This document shows positions 37,213-46,966 of a DNA stretch of 64,000 nt, piece by piece. A program made the translations under genes and the position numbers. Source of the DNA: an uncultured Janibacter sp. (lineage in GTDB: Bacteria > Actinomycetota > Actinomycetes > Actinomycetales > Dermatophilaceae); NCBI GenBank assembly GCA_964430615.1, contig CAYSGN010000005.1, positions 3,395 through 67,394 of the forward strand, in the 5' to 3' direction. Position 1 is the first letter of the stretch. Each line of letters begins with the position of its first letter. The notes under the pieces are model-generated. The model made no database searches, was not told the DNA's origin, and was given only the letters and a program-made list of their open reading frames with translations.

Positions 37213-39605
37213 GACGTAGCTCCTTCCGAGCCACCGGTGTGGGACTGGATCGCCCGCCACACCCGTTCGGGCGTGCACGGCATGGGGACGTCGGTGACCC
37301 CGAAGGGCCGAAGGGCGTCCACGACGGCGTTGACGACCGCCGGGGTGGAGGCGATGGTGCCCGCCTCGCCGACCCCCTTCACGCCGAGCGGGTTGTCCGT
37401 GGAGGGCGTGACCGTCCGATCGGTGTCGAAGTGCGGCAGGTCGGCTGCGGTCGGCACGAGGTAGTCCACGAAGGAGCCGGTGACGAGGTTGCCCTCGTCG
37501 TCGTAGACCGCCTCCTCGAAGAGGGCCTGGGCGATGCCCTGCGCCAGCCCGCCGTGCACCTGACCGTCGATGAGCATCGGGTTCACCGGGGTGCCGATGT
37601 CGTCGACGCAGGCGTAGGTGCGGATGCGTACCTGACCGGTCTCGGTGTCGACCTCCACCGCGCACAGGTGCGTCCCGTGCGGGAAGGAGAAGTTCACCGG
37701 GTCGTAGGTGGCCTCCGAGTTCAGCGTCGGCTCCATGCCCTCCGGGAGGTCGTGGGCGGTGAAGACCGCGAAGGCGGTCTCGGCGATGGTGACCGAGGAC
37801 CCCGGCGCGCCGGCGACGGTGAACCTGCCGTCCGCGAACTCGAGGTCCTCCTCGTTCGCCTCGAGCTGGTGCGCGGCCACGCGCTTGGCCTTCTCGATGA
37901 CCTTGTCCACCGCCTGCATCACCGCGACGCCCCCGACCGAGAGGGAGCGCGAGCCGTAGGTGTCCAGGCCCTTGGGTGAGGAGGCGGTGTCGCCGTGGAT
38001 GATCTCGACGTCCTCGAAGGGGACCCCGAGCCGGTCGGCGACGATCTGGCTGAAGCCGGTCACGTGCCCCTGGCCGTGCGGGCTGATCCCGGTGACGACC
38101 TCGACCTTGCCGGTGGGCAGCATCCGGACCGAGGCGCTCTCCCAGCCGCCGGCCCCGAAGTCCAGCGAGCCGAGCACCCGTGACGGGGCCAGGCCGCACA
38201 TCTCGGTGAAGGTCGAGACCCCGAGCCCGAGCTGGACCGGGTCCTGGGACTCCCGGCGCCTCGCCTGCTCGGCCCGGAGCTCCTCCCAGCCTGCGAGCGC
38301 GACCGCCTTGTCGGTCGCCGCCTCGTAGTTGCCGCTGTCGTAGGTCAGGCCCGCGACGGTGGTGAAGGGGAACTCCTCGTGGGTGATCCAGTTCTTCCGG
38401 CGCAGCTCGAGCGGATCCATGCCCAGCTCGGCGGCGAGCTCGTCCATGATCCGCTCGATGCCGAAGGTGGCCTCCGGCCTGCCCGCGCCCCGGTAGGCAT
38501 CCGTGGGCACCTTCGTCGTGAAGACCCCCTCGCACCGGAAGCGGTAGGCCGGGAACTTGTAGATCGCGGGGAACATGAAGGCACCGAGGACGGGCACGCC
38601 CGGGGTGAGCAGGCGCAGGTACCCGCCCATGTCGGCGAGCAGGTGCACGTCGAGCCCGGTGACCCGACCGTCCCGCGTCGCGGTGATGGTCAGGTCCTGG
38701 ATCTGGCCGCGTCCGTGGTGGGCGGCGGCCAAGGTCTCCGAGCGGGACTCGGTGTACTTCGCCGGCCGGCCGAGCCGGCGGGCGACGATGGTGGTAATGA
38801 CCTCCTCCGGGGTGATCGTGATCTTGCCCCCGAAACCGCCTCCCACGTCGGGGGCGACGACCCGCACCTTGTGCTCGGGGATCCCGAGCGTCATGCCGAG
38901 CATGGTGCGCAGGATGTGCGGGATCTGCGTGGACGACCACATCGTCACGCCCTCGTCGGTGGGCTGGACCAGGACCGAGCGTGGCTCCATGAAGGCGGGG
39001 CTCAGCCGCTGCTGGGTGAACCGCCGACGGACGGTGACCTCGGCGTCACGCAGTGCGTCGTCGACCGACCCGCCAGAACCTGCCGTCGCGGAGTCGAGCT
39101 CCCAGGTGTAGCAGCGGTTGGACTCGGTGTTCGGGTGGACCAGCGGCGCCCCGTCCGCGAGGGCCTCCTCGAGGTCGAGGACCGGGGGCAGCGGCTCGTA
39201 CTCGATGTCGATCTCCTCGAGCGCGTCCGCCGCCTCGGCGCGGGTGCGCGCGGCGACCACGGCCACCGCGTCCCCGGCGAAGTTGACCTGGTCGACGGCA
39301 ACGGAGGGCGCCCCCGGGTTGACCATGTCCGGTGTGACCGGCCACGCGCACGGCAGGTCGCCCTGCTCGGCGAGGTCGGCGCCGGACCAGGCACCGAGGA
39401 CCCCGGGTGCCGAGCGGGCGTCGCCGACGTCGATGGAGGTGATCCTCGCGTGCGCCATCGGGCTGCGCAGGATCGCCAGGTGCACCATCCCCGGCAGGGT
39501 CATGTTGTCCACGTAGGTGCTGCGCCCGGTGGTCAGGTGCCGGTCCTCCTTGCGCTTGCGGGAGGCCCCGATCTCCTGGGTCGGCTGGTCGTCGACGGCG
39601 GTCAT
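37209..39605 (-). CDS. coxL: Molybdo-hydroxylase large subunit, form II CODH-like (CoxL)
   Basis: [17 protein letters not shown] active-site loop, HGQG, TYGSRS, GQVHGG, KGVGE. Confidence 0.88.
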   Translation of the reverse strand: MTAVDDQPTQEIGASRKRKEDRHLTTGRSTYVDNMTLPGMVHLAILRSPMAHARITSIDVGDARSAPGVLGAWSGADLAEQGDLPCAWPVTPDMVNPGAPSVAVDQVNFAGDAVAVVAARTRAEAADALEEIDIEYEPLPPVLDLEEALADGAPLVHPNTESNRCYTWELDSATAGSGGSVDDALRDAEVTVRRRFTQQRLSPAFMEPRSVLVQPTDEGVTMWSSTQIPHILRTMLGMTLGIPEHKVRVVAPDVGGGFGGKITITPEEVITTIVARRLGRPAKYTESRSETLAAAHHGRGQIQDLTITATRDGRVTGLDVHLLADMGGYLRLLTPGVPVLGAFMFPAIYKFPAYRFRCEGVFTTKVPTDAYRGAGRPEATFGIERIMDELAAELGMDPLELRRKNWITHEEFPFTTVAGLTYDSGNYEAATDKAVALAGWEELRAEQARRRESQDPVQLGLGVSTFTEMCGLAPSRVLGSLDFGAGGWESASVRMLPTGKVEVVTGISPHGQGHVTGFSQIVADRLGVPFEDVEIIHGDTASSPKGLDTYGSRSLSVGGVAVMQAVDKVIEKAKRVAAHQLEANEEDLEFADGRFTVAGAPGSSVTIAETAFAVFTAHDLPEGMEPTLNSEATYDPVNFSFPHGTHLCAVEVDTETGQVRIRTYACVDDIGTPVNPMLIDGQVHGGLAQGIAQALFEEAVYDDEGNLVTGSFVDYLVPTAADLPHFDTDRTVTPSTDNPLGVKGVGEAGTIASTPAVVNAVVDALRPFGVTDVPMPCTPERVWRAIQSHTGGSEGATS

Positions 39606-40069
39606 GACCGCTCACCCCCTGCGACCTGCTGCACGGCGCTGACGATGTTCTGGTACCCCGTGCACCGGCAGAGGTTGCCCTCCAGCCCCTCGCGGATCTC
39701 CTGCTCCGTCGGGTCGGGGTTGTCCTCGAGCAGGTCGATGGAGGACATGATCATCCCGGGCGTGCAGTAGCCGCACTGGAGCGAGTGGCAGTCGTTGAAG
39801 GCCTGCTGCATGGGGTGCAGCCGGCCGTCCGTCGCGATCCCCTCGATGGTCGTGACCTCGTGGCCGTCGGCCTGGACCGCGAGCACCGTGCAGGACTTCA
39901 CGCTCGTCCCGTCGAGGTGGACGGTGCAGGCACCGCAGTTGCTCGTGTCGCAGCCGACGAGGGTCCCGGTCTTGCCCAGGGTCTCCCGCAGGTAGTGCAC
40001 CAGCAGCGTGCGTGGCTCGACGTCGTCGGTGTACTGGACACCGTCGACCTGGACAGTGATTCGGGTCAT
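39602..40069 (-). CDS. coxS: (2Fe-2S) small subunit (CoxS)
   Basis: [25 protein letters not shown]. Confidence 0.92.
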   Translation of the reverse strand: MTRITVQVDGVQYTDDVEPRTLLVHYLRETLGKTGTLVGCDTSNCGACTVHLDGTSVKSCTVLAVQADGHEVTTIEGIATDGRLHPMQQAFNDCHSLQCGYCTPGMIMSSIDLLEDNPDPTEQEIREGLEGNLCRCTGYQNIVSAVQQVAGGERS

Positions 40070-40094
40070 CGTCGACTCCTCGGGTTGGTTTCGC

Positions 40095-41276
40095 TCAGGT
40101 CAGGAGCTGGTCGTGGGATCGCAGCGGGCGGTCGGGGTCGCCGGGCGAGTCGCTCCGACCGGCGCGATGGATCGGTCCGTCGAGGTCGCTGAGCGGCTCT
40201 CCGCCGCCGCCCCAGCGGTGGGCGATGATCTCGGCGGCGATGCTCACCGCGGTCTCCTCGGGGGTACGGGCCCCGAGGTCGAGACCGATCGGGCTGGAGA
40301 GGCGGGCGAGCTCCGCCTCGGTCAGCCCGGCCTCGCGCAGACGGGCCAGGCGGTCCTCGTGGGTGCGCCGGGAGCCCATGGCGCCGATGTAGTCGATCGC
40401 CGGGATCCGCAGGGCCACCTCCAGCAGCGGCACGTCGAACTTGGGGTCGTGGGCGAGCACGCAGACGACGGTGCGCTCGTCGACCGCTCCCGCGTCGACC
40501 TGCGCCTGGAGGTAGCGGTGCGGCCAGTCGACGACGACCTCGTCCGCCTCGGGGAAGCGGGTGGCGGTCGCGAAGACCGGCCGGGCGTCGCAGACGGTCA
40601 CGGTGTACCCGAGGAACTTCCCGATCCGGGCGCAGGCGGCGGCGAAGTCGATCGCGCCGAAGACGAACATCCGGGGGGCGGGGGCGTGCACGGACGCGAA
40701 GACCCGCATGCCCTCTCCCCTTCGCTGCCCGTCGGGGCCGTAGGTGAGGGTCTCGCTGTGGCCCGCCGCGAGCAGGCCGCGCACGTCGTCGAGCACGGCC
40801 GCATCGGCGCGCTCGCTGCCGATCGACCCGGAGCTGTCGTCCTGGTGGATGACCATCCGTCGGCCCACCCGCTCCAGGTCCGGGTGCTCGATGACGGTGG
40901 CGACGGCGACGGCCCGGCCCGCCTCGATCTCCTCCGCGACCGCGGCCAGGTCCGGGAAGGTGTCGCGGGAGACCTTCTCGACGTAGACGTCCATGATCCC
41001 GCCGCAGGTCAGGCCGACCGACATCGCGTCCTCGTCGCTGATGCCGTAGCGGTGCAGCTGAGGGGCGCCGGAGGCGAGCACCTCCTCCCCCGTCTCGTAG
41101 ACCGCGCCCTCGACGCAGCCACCGGAGACGGACCCGACCGCCTCGCCGCGCGGCCCGACGAGCATGGAGGCGCCGGGCGGTCGGGGGGAGGATCGCCACG
41201 TGGCCACGACGGTGCCGAGGGCGACGTCCTCACCCTGGCGCCACCACTCCAGCAGCTCGTCGAGGACGTCACGCAC
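40095..41276 (-). CDS. XdhC/CoxF-family molybdenum cofactor chaperone
   Basis: [43 protein letters not shown]. Confidence 0.9.
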   Translation of the reverse strand: MRDVLDELLEWWRQGEDVALGTVVATWRSSPRPPGASMLVGPRGEAVGSVSGGCVEGAVYETGEEVLASGAPQLHRYGISDEDAMSVGLTCGGIMDVYVEKVSRDTFPDLAAVAEEIEAGRAVAVATVIEHPDLERVGRRMVIHQDDSSGSIGSERADAAVLDDVRGLLAAGHSETLTYGPDGQRRGEGMRVFASVHAPAPRMFVFGAIDFAAACARIGKFLGYTVTVCDARPVFATATRFPEADEVVVDWPHRYLQAQVDAGAVDERTVVCVLAHDPKFDVPLLEVALRIPAIDYIGAMGSRRTHEDRLARLREAGLTEAELARLSSPIGLDLGARTPEETAVSIAAEIIAHRWGGGGEPLSDLDGPIHRAGRSDSPGDPDRPLRSHDQLLT

Positions 41277-41366
41277 AGCTGTGGCTCTTCGCGCCGTGGC
41301 GGTCGGTCAGGTCATCGACCGACGACTCTGTCGATTCCATGTGCTGAGCATCATCCATCCGGGCAC

Positions 41367-41948
41367 TCAGGGCAAGGGGTGGGGGCGGTCCACGTCCTCC
41401 CCCGAGGCCAGGTCGGCGCAGTCCACCGTCGTCACCGCGTGGGTGGCGAGATGGTCCCGGGCCCCCCGGTCGCCGACGGCCACCTCGAGGACGCCGGCCC
41501 AGTGCTCGGACCCGATGAGCACCGGGTGGCCCGGCCCGTCCCGGTAGTGGGCCCGGGCCAGGGAGGCCGCTCCGGCCCATCCCTCGGTGAGGACCCGTCG
41601 CACGACGGCCGCCCCGACGTCGGGCAGGTCCACGAGGGAGACGAGGGCCGCGGGTGCGCCCGTGCCGGGCACCGCCTCGAGACCGGCACGAAGGGAGGCC
41701 CCCATCCCCTGCGCCCAGTCCCGCGCGAGGACGGCCCGCACGTCGAGGCCGGTGAGCAGGTCCCGCGCGGCCTCGTGCTCGCAGCCGAGGACGACGACGA
41801 CGGGATCGCAGCCCCCGTCGCCCAGTGCGGTGGCCGCGCGCCGCAGCCACGAGGTGCCGTCGGCGTCCCGGACGAGCGCCTTGGGGCGGCCCATCCGGGT
41901 GCCGGCTCCGGCAGCCAGCAGCACCCCCGCGGCACGCGGTGGGGTCAT
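41367..41948 (-). CDS. Molybdenum cofactor cytidylyltransferase (MocA-like)
   Basis: LLAAGAGTRMGRPKAL, GMGASL, LVDLP, GHPVL, GDRGAR, DVD. Confidence 0.85.
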   Translation of the reverse strand: MTPPRAAGVLLAAGAGTRMGRPKALVRDADGTSWLRRAATALGDGGCDPVVVVLGCEHEAARDLLTGLDVRAVLARDWAQGMGASLRAGLEAVPGTGAPAALVSLVDLPDVGAAVVRRVLTEGWAGAASLARAHYRDGPGHPVLIGSEHWAGVLEVAVGDRGARDHLATHAVTTVDCADLASGEDVDRPHPLP

Positions 41949-41959
41949 CCTCGGCCCGC

Positions 41960-42799
41960 TCAGACCCTGTCGAAGGTGTCCGGGTCGGGCCCGAGCCGTC
42001 CCTCGGCGCCGCGGTCCAGGGCGCTCAGCCGGTCCATGTCCGCGTCGGTCAGGGTGAAGTCGAAGATCTGGGCGTTCTCCTGCATCCGCTCGACGCGGGA
42101 GGACTTCGGGAAGACGACGTGGCCCAGCTGGAGGTGCCAGCGCAGGGCCACCTGCGCCGGCGTGCGACCGAGCCGCTGCGCGATGTCGCGCACCGTCGGG
42201 TCGTCGGCGACCTGTCCCTTGGCGATCGGCGACCAGGCCTCGGTGACGACGCGCGCCGCGGCATTGGCCTCGCGCACGCTCGAGTTGGTGAAGAAGGGGT
42301 GCACCTCGACCTGGTTGACCGCGGGCACGACGCCCGACTCGGCGAGCAGTCGCTCGAGGTGGGCGGGCTGGAAGTTCGACACGCCGATCGAGCGGGCCCG
42401 CCCCTGCTCCCGCATCTCGACCAGGGCCTGCCACGTGGAGACGAAGTCACCGTCGTAGCGGGTGGGCAGGGGCCAGTGGATGAGGAAGAGGTCGACGTGG
42501 TCGGTGCCCAGCCGCTCCAGGGTCTGCTCCATGCTGCGGTGGGCGTCTGCGGGCGCGTGGTGGCCGTTGTCCAGCTTGCTCGTGACGAAGACCTCGGAGC
42601 GCTCGAGCCCGGAGTCGCGCAGGGCGGCGCCCACGCCCTCCTCGTTGCCGTACATCTGGGCGGTGTCGATGTGTCGGTAGCCCACCTCGAGGGCCTGCCG
42701 GACGACGTCCGCGGTCTCTGCCGGAGGGACCTGGAAGACGCCGAAGCCCAGCTGGGGGATGGTGTGTCCGTCGTTGAGTGTCAGTGCGGGAACGTCCAT
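41960..42799 (-). CDS. Aldo/keto reductase (2,5-DKG reductase-like)
   Basis: LGFGVFQ, GYRHIDTAQMY, LFLIHWP, IGVSNF, FPKSS. Confidence 0.9.
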   Translation of the reverse strand: MDVPALTLNDGHTIPQLGFGVFQVPPAETADVVRQALEVGYRHIDTAQMYGNEEGVGAALRDSGLERSEVFVTSKLDNGHHAPADAHRSMEQTLERLGTDHVDLFLIHWPLPTRYDGDFVSTWQALVEMREQGRARSIGVSNFQPAHLERLLAESGVVPAVNQVEVHPFFTNSSVREANAAARVVTEAWSPIAKGQVADDPTVRDIAQRLGRTPAQVALRWHLQLGHVVFPKSSRVERMQENAQIFDFTLTDADMDRLSALDRGAEGRLGPDPDTFDRV

Positions 42800-42803
42800 G
42801 CCC

Positions 42804-43832
42804 TCACCCTGGCACAGCACCCGGCCCTCGGTCCTCGCCCATGGCCGCGGCCAGGGCCTCCAGCCCGTCGACCCCTAGGACCTCCCGGGGCAGCAGCGGC
42901 ACCTCCACGAGGGGCAGCTGCGGCAGCTGTGAGCGGAGGGAGGCCAGGTGCCCGTCCTCCACGTCGCGGCGGGCGGCGAGCAGCTCGCCCGCGGGTGCGG
43001 GCGAGCGCTTGTTGACCACGAGCGCACCGACGCGCATCCCGGCACGTCCGAGCTGCTCGTGCAGCTCGACCGTCTCGAGCACCGGCAGGCGCTCGGCGGC
43101 GAGGACGATGACGAAGGCGGAGCGCGCCGGGTCCTGGAGCTGCTCGCGCAGCCCCCGGAAGCGGGCCTGCCGACGGTCGAGGATCTCGCGGATCTCGGCG
43201 TCTCGGCGCTCCCGGCGGTCACGCGGCCGGCGTGCCCCGACGACGTCCGCGGCCGCCCGCTCCCCCTGGTCGCCCCCGAGTCCGCGCAGCGCGGCGCCGA
43301 AGCCGGCCGAGCGCTCCTGGCGCCGCAGCAGCCCCCCGGTCCAGGCCTGCATGAGCTCCGGCAGGGCGATGAGCCGTGAGGTGTGCCCGGAGGGGGCGGT
43401 GTCGACGATGACGAGCTCACCCGTGCGCCGCTGCTCGACGACCTCGCACAGCCGCTCGAGGACGGCCGCCTCGTGGGTGCCGGGCGCGTCCCGGGCCAGG
43501 TCGAGGTGCCCCGCGATCTCCCCGCGCAGGTGCTCGGGCATGAGGCGCTCCATCGTGTGCCGGACCGCTCCCAGGTGCTCCTCCGTCGTCCGGACGGGGT
43601 CGATCTCGAGGCCGCGCAGCCCGGGGAGCAGCTCCACCGGGTCGGGGCCGACCGGCCGGCCCCACAGGTGACCGAGGTTGTGCGCGGGGTCGGTCGAGAC
43701 GAGCAGCACCTCCCGGCCGGACCGCGCGAGCGTCAGGGCGAGGGCGGCGGCCACCGAGGTCTTGCCGACACCACCCTTGCCACCGACGAAGAGCAGTTCC
43801 CGCGTGGCGGTCAGCTCGCCGAGCAGCCCCAT
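42804..43832 (-). CDS. ArsA/Get3-family ATPase (single domain)
   Basis: GGKGGVGKTS deviant Walker A, STDPAH, DTAPSGHT. Confidence 0.88.
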   Translation of the reverse strand: MGLLGELTATRELLFVGGKGGVGKTSVAAALALTLARSGREVLLVSTDPAHNLGHLWGRPVGPDPVELLPGLRGLEIDPVRTTEEHLGAVRHTMERLMPEHLRGEIAGHLDLARDAPGTHEAAVLERLCEVVEQRRTGELVIVDTAPSGHTSRLIALPELMQAWTGGLLRRQERSAGFGAALRGLGGDQGERAAADVVGARRPRDRRERRDAEIREILDRRQARFRGLREQLQDPARSAFVIVLAAERLPVLETVELHEQLGRAGMRVGALVVNKRSPAPAGELLAARRDVEDGHLASLRSQLPQLPLVEVPLLPREVLGVDGLEALAAAMGEDRGPGAVPG

Positions 43833-43833
43833 C

Positions 43834-44100
43834 TCAGCAGCAGGTGAAGTGGTCGAGCGGGCTGCGGTCCAGGCCCATCCTGCGGTGCCAGTCGTGGACC
43901 TCGTCGTAGATCACCGGGAGCAGCTCGACGGTGTAGTAGCTCGCCGGGTTGGGCACGCCGAGGGCCTCCGCGAGGACGATGACCCGGAAGAGGTCGTCCT
44001 CGTCCTGGCGGGCCCGGGCGAAGGTCTGACGGTACGGCCCGACGTAGGCCTCACCGATCCCCCGGGCCACCGCCTCCAGGCGGGCGCGCAGCCGCGTCAC
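43834..44100 (-). CDS. Small CstA-associated protein ending in Cys-Cys-stop (CC-star type)
   Basis: 88 aa, LGVPNPASYYTVELLP...HRRMG..SPLDHFTCC*; GTGA coupling to cstA. Confidence 0.8.
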   Translation of the reverse strand: MTRLRARLEAVARGIGEAYVGPYRQTFARARQDEDDLFRVIVLAEALGVPNPASYYTVELLPVIYDEVHDWHRRMGLDRSPLDHFTCC

Positions 44101-45815
44101 CGTCGCTCGCCGGCCCTCTGCGCCTCGGCCGCGGCGATGTCGGCGAGCTCGGCGTCGTCGTCACCCTCGTAGTGCCGTGCCCGACGCATCGCGCCGACCG
44201 ACTCGACGATGACCCACAGGGCCGCGACGAGGATGATGAGGTCGAGCACGAGGAGGAGCCAGTTGCGGTCCGCGTAGAAGGTGCCCAGCTGGATGAAGAG
44301 GGCGTAGATCGTCACGACGCCGACGAAGACGAGCGGGACGAGCGCGGGCAGCGGGCTGCGTCGACGGCGCAGCAGCATGATCGCGATGATCGCCAGGGTG
44401 AGCGCGGCCATGAGCTGGTTGGTCGTGCCGAAGAGCGGCCAGATGAGCATGCCGCCGGACCCGTCCGCGCCGGCCCCGAAGGTCAGCGCGAGCGCGATGC
44501 CGACCGCCAGCAGGGTCGCCGAGGTCTTGCCGAGCCAGACCCCCATGACCTCGCCGATCTCCTGGACGACGAAGCGCTGGAGGCGCACACCGGTGTCCAT
44601 CGTCGTCGCGGCGAAGAGGATCGCCGTCGTGGCCATGACCGTCGCGGCGAGGGACTGCGGCAGCCCCAGCCCCGCCTCGACGATGGCCCCGCCACCGTCG
44701 ACGAAGGCGGTGACGCCTCCGTCGTTGAAGGCCTGGTAGACCGCCTCCCAGTCGGCGAGGGTGCGGAAGCCCGCGGTCGTGGCGACGATCGCGCCCAGGG
44801 CCAGCAGCCCCTCGCCGACCGCGCCGAAGTAGCCGACGAACCGCGCGTCCCCCTCCGTGCCCAGCTGCTTGGAGCTCGTGCCGGAGCTGACCATGCCGTG
44901 GAAGCCGGAGATGGCGCCGCAGGCGATGGTGACGAAGAGGAGCGGGACGATCGACGGGGTACCCGCCGGGACGTCGGAGTTCCAGGCGGGGGCGACGACG
45001 TCGGGACGGGCGATGAGGACCGAGCCGTAGAGGATGCCCAGGGCGATGAAGAGCTGGAGCCCGTTGATGTAGTCCCGCGGCTGGAGGAGCACCCACACCG
45101 GCAGCATCGAGGCGATGCCCGCGTAGACGAAGAGCAGGATGATCCACACCGCGTCGTCCGGCAGGCCCATGACCGTCTCCGGCAGCGCCAGCGGCACCTG
45201 GTCACCGACCCAGATGACGGCGTACAGCGCGACGACGCCGACGATCGAGACGATCGGGAGGTTCCAGTGCAGCCGGTAGATCGCCTGGCCGATGAGGACG
45301 GCGACGGCGAGCGCGCCCCAGGTGGGGATGACGGCGCTCGGGGTGGAGATGAGCAGCCCGGCGATGACCACCGCGAAGGCGGCGTTGACCATGAGGAGCA
45401 GGAGGAAGATGACGACGAGGAAGAGGTTGCGCCCCCGGGCCCCGATGTAGCGACCGGAGAGGGCCCCGATGGACTGGCCCCGGTTGCGCACCGAGGCCCA
45501 CAGGGCGCCGAGGTCGTGCATCCCGGCGAAGAACACCGTGCCGAGCGTCACCCAGAGGAAGGCCGGGAGCCACCCCCAGATGACGGCGACGGCAGGACCG
45601 ACGATGGGTGCGGCACCTGCCACCGACGTGAAGTGGTGGCCCCAGAGGACGTACTTGTTCGTCGGCACGAAGTCGACGCCGTCCTCGAACTGGTGCGCCG
45701 GGGTCGGTCGCGAGTCGTCGAGGGCGTACACCCGCTGTGCGAGGTACTTCGAGTAGAGGAGGTAGCCCGCGATGATCATCGCGACACCGATGGCGGCGAG
45801 CAGCAGGGAGTTCAA
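44097..45815 (-). CDS. cstA: Carbon starvation protein A family transporter
   Basis: DGVDFVPT, GHHFTSVAGAAPIVGP, WVLLQPRDYIN, ACGAISGFH, FGTTNQL; TTG 45815 (MNSLLL) with GGAAGG RBS is preferred over GTG 45830. Confidence 0.9.
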   Translation of the reverse strand: MNSLLLAAIGVAMIIAGYLLYSKYLAQRVYALDDSRPTPAHQFEDGVDFVPTNKYVLWGHHFTSVAGAAPIVGPAVAVIWGWLPAFLWVTLGTVFFAGMHDLGALWASVRNRGQSIGALSGRYIGARGRNLFLVVIFLLLLMVNAAFAVVIAGLLISTPSAVIPTWGALAVAVLIGQAIYRLHWNLPIVSIVGVVALYAVIWVGDQVPLALPETVMGLPDDAVWIILLFVYAGIASMLPVWVLLQPRDYINGLQLFIALGILYGSVLIARPDVVAPAWNSDVPAGTPSIVPLLFVTIACGAISGFHGMVSSGTSSKQLGTEGDARFVGYFGAVGEGLLALGAIVATTAGFRTLADWEAVYQAFNDGGVTAFVDGGGAIVEAGLGLPQSLAATVMATTAILFAATTMDTGVRLQRFVVQEIGEVMGVWLGKTSATLLAVGIALALTFGAGADGSGGMLIWPLFGTTNQLMAALTLAIIAIMLLRRRRSPLPALVPLVFVGVVTIYALFIQLGTFYADRNWLLLVLDLIILVAALWVIVESVGAMRRARHYEGDDDAELADIAAAEAQRAGERR

Positions 45816-45831
45816 GGGAGCGCCTTCCACA

Positions 45832-45847
45832 TGTGATCCGTCTCACG
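45832..45847. promoter_or_regulatory. CRP/GlxR-type binding site upstream of cstA
   Basis: TGTGA-TCCGTC-TCACG, one mismatch to TGTGA-N6-TCACA; a -10-like TACCCT lies at 45850-45855 on the minus strand. Confidence 0.6.
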
Positions 45848-45884
45848 TGAGGGTAGTCGCACCCGCCACAGGAGTGTCCAGGGG

Positions 45885-46496
45885 TCACGCGTCCGGTGGA
45901 GGGTCCTCGTCGGTGAACGGTCCGCGGGCGTGCCGGCGCTCCATCTCGAGCAGACGGTGCTTGGCGTCGGGGCCGCCGCGGTAGCCCCCTTCGCTCCCGT
46001 CGCTGCGGACCACCCGGTGGCAGGGCAGGAGCAGCGGCACGGGGTTGTTCGCGCACGCCCCGGCCGCCGCCCGCACGGCGCGCGGTCGCCCGGTCCCGGC
46101 CGCCAGCTGGGCGTAGGTCGCCGTGCGCCCGTAGCCGATCGTCGGCAGCGTGGCGACGACCTCACGGCGGTACCCCGCGACCAGCCGCAGGTCGAGGGGC
46201 ACGTCGATGTCGGTGGCCCGACCCTCGAGGTAGGCGGCGACGGCCCGGGAGGCGGTGTCCAGGCGGGCGGGCGCCCGCAGCACCCGCGGGCTGACCCGTG
46301 CCGCGAGGTCGGCGAGCACGGCGTCGTGGTCCTCCAGCTCGAAGGCGAGGCGCACGACCCCCACGTCGGTGGCCGCCAGCAGCAGGGGGCCGAGCGGGGA
46401 GTCCATCCGCCGGTAGGCCACGTCGAGGATGCCCTCGTCCGCCGCCTTCGTCGCCAGCCGGTCGTGGAGACGGGTGAGCAGGTCCTGGTCGTTCAT
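45885..46496 (-). CDS. ogt: Methylated-DNA-protein-cysteine methyltransferase with N-terminal extension
   Basis: YGRTATY, RAAAGAC..NP, PCHRVV active site. Confidence 0.9.
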   Translation of the reverse strand: MNDQDLLTRLHDRLATKAADEGILDVAYRRMDSPLGPLLLAATDVGVVRLAFELEDHDAVLADLAARVSPRVLRAPARLDTASRAVAAYLEGRATDIDVPLDLRLVAGYRREVVATLPTIGYGRTATYAQLAAGTGRPRAVRAAAGACANNPVPLLLPCHRVVRSDGSEGGYRGGPDAKHRLLEMERRHARGPFTDEDPPPDA

Positions 46497-46957
46497 CGGA
46501 TCTCCTTCGTGCGCAGGGTCTTCAGCCCGTCCGCTGCCGCTCGGCGGGCGGCGGCCTCGCTGCCGCCGACGAGGTCGGCGATCCTCGCGTAGGACAGTCC
46601 CCCGAGGTACCGGTAGGTGACGACGTGGCGCTGCTTGGTGGGCAGCTCGGCGACGTGCGCCCAGACCCCTTCGTCCTCGTGGCGGTCCTCGGTCGCCACC
46701 TCCGGCGGCTCGGCCACCGGGTCCGTGCGGCTGCGCGCACGCGCCCGGTGCACGTCGACGCACTTGCGCCGGGCGACGGTCACGAGCCAGGCCCGCACGT
46801 CCACGTCCTCCGGCAGGTCGGGCCAGGCGCGCAGTGCGGCGAGGAAGGTCTCGCTCCACGCGTCGTCGACGTCGGCGGCCGGCAGCGCGCCCCGGCACAC
46901 GCCGAGCACGAGCGGCCCGTGCTCGCGGACCACCTGGTCGAAGGGGGGCAGGCTCAC
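46493..46957 (-). CDS. ECF RNA polymerase sigma factor
   Basis: DDAWSETFLAA, RAWLVTVARR (region 2); LP.KQR, SYARIA..VG (region 4); 154 aa. Confidence 0.88.
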   Translation of the reverse strand: MSLPPFDQVVREHGPLVLGVCRGALPAADVDDAWSETFLAALRAWPDLPEDVDVRAWLVTVARRKCVDVHRARARSRTDPVAEPPEVATEDRHEDEGVWAHVAELPTKQRHVVTYRYLGGLSYARIADLVGGSEAAARRAAADGLKTLRTKEIR

Positions 46958-46966
46958 CGTGACCCC

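Noticed and set aside
37209-39605. Bona fide form I CO dehydrogenase
   Set aside because: Active-site loop is AYRGAGR, not AYxCSFR, and the gene order is S-L-M rather than M-S-L.
41277-41366. Molybdenum-cofactor riboswitch upstream of xdhC
   Set aside because: The region is only about 90 nt with one small hairpin (GTCGGTC/GACCGAC); too short and lacks recognisable Moco RNA features.
42804-43832. Arsenic resistance (arsA) function
   Set aside because: Single ATPase domain with no arsB/acr3/arsD/arsR nearby; the cstA context points elsewhere.
43834-43842. Selenocysteine read-through at the CC-TGA end of the small protein
   Set aside because: The ArsA-type ATG follows 1 nt later, no SECIS-like hairpin was evident, and no sel genes are in the window.
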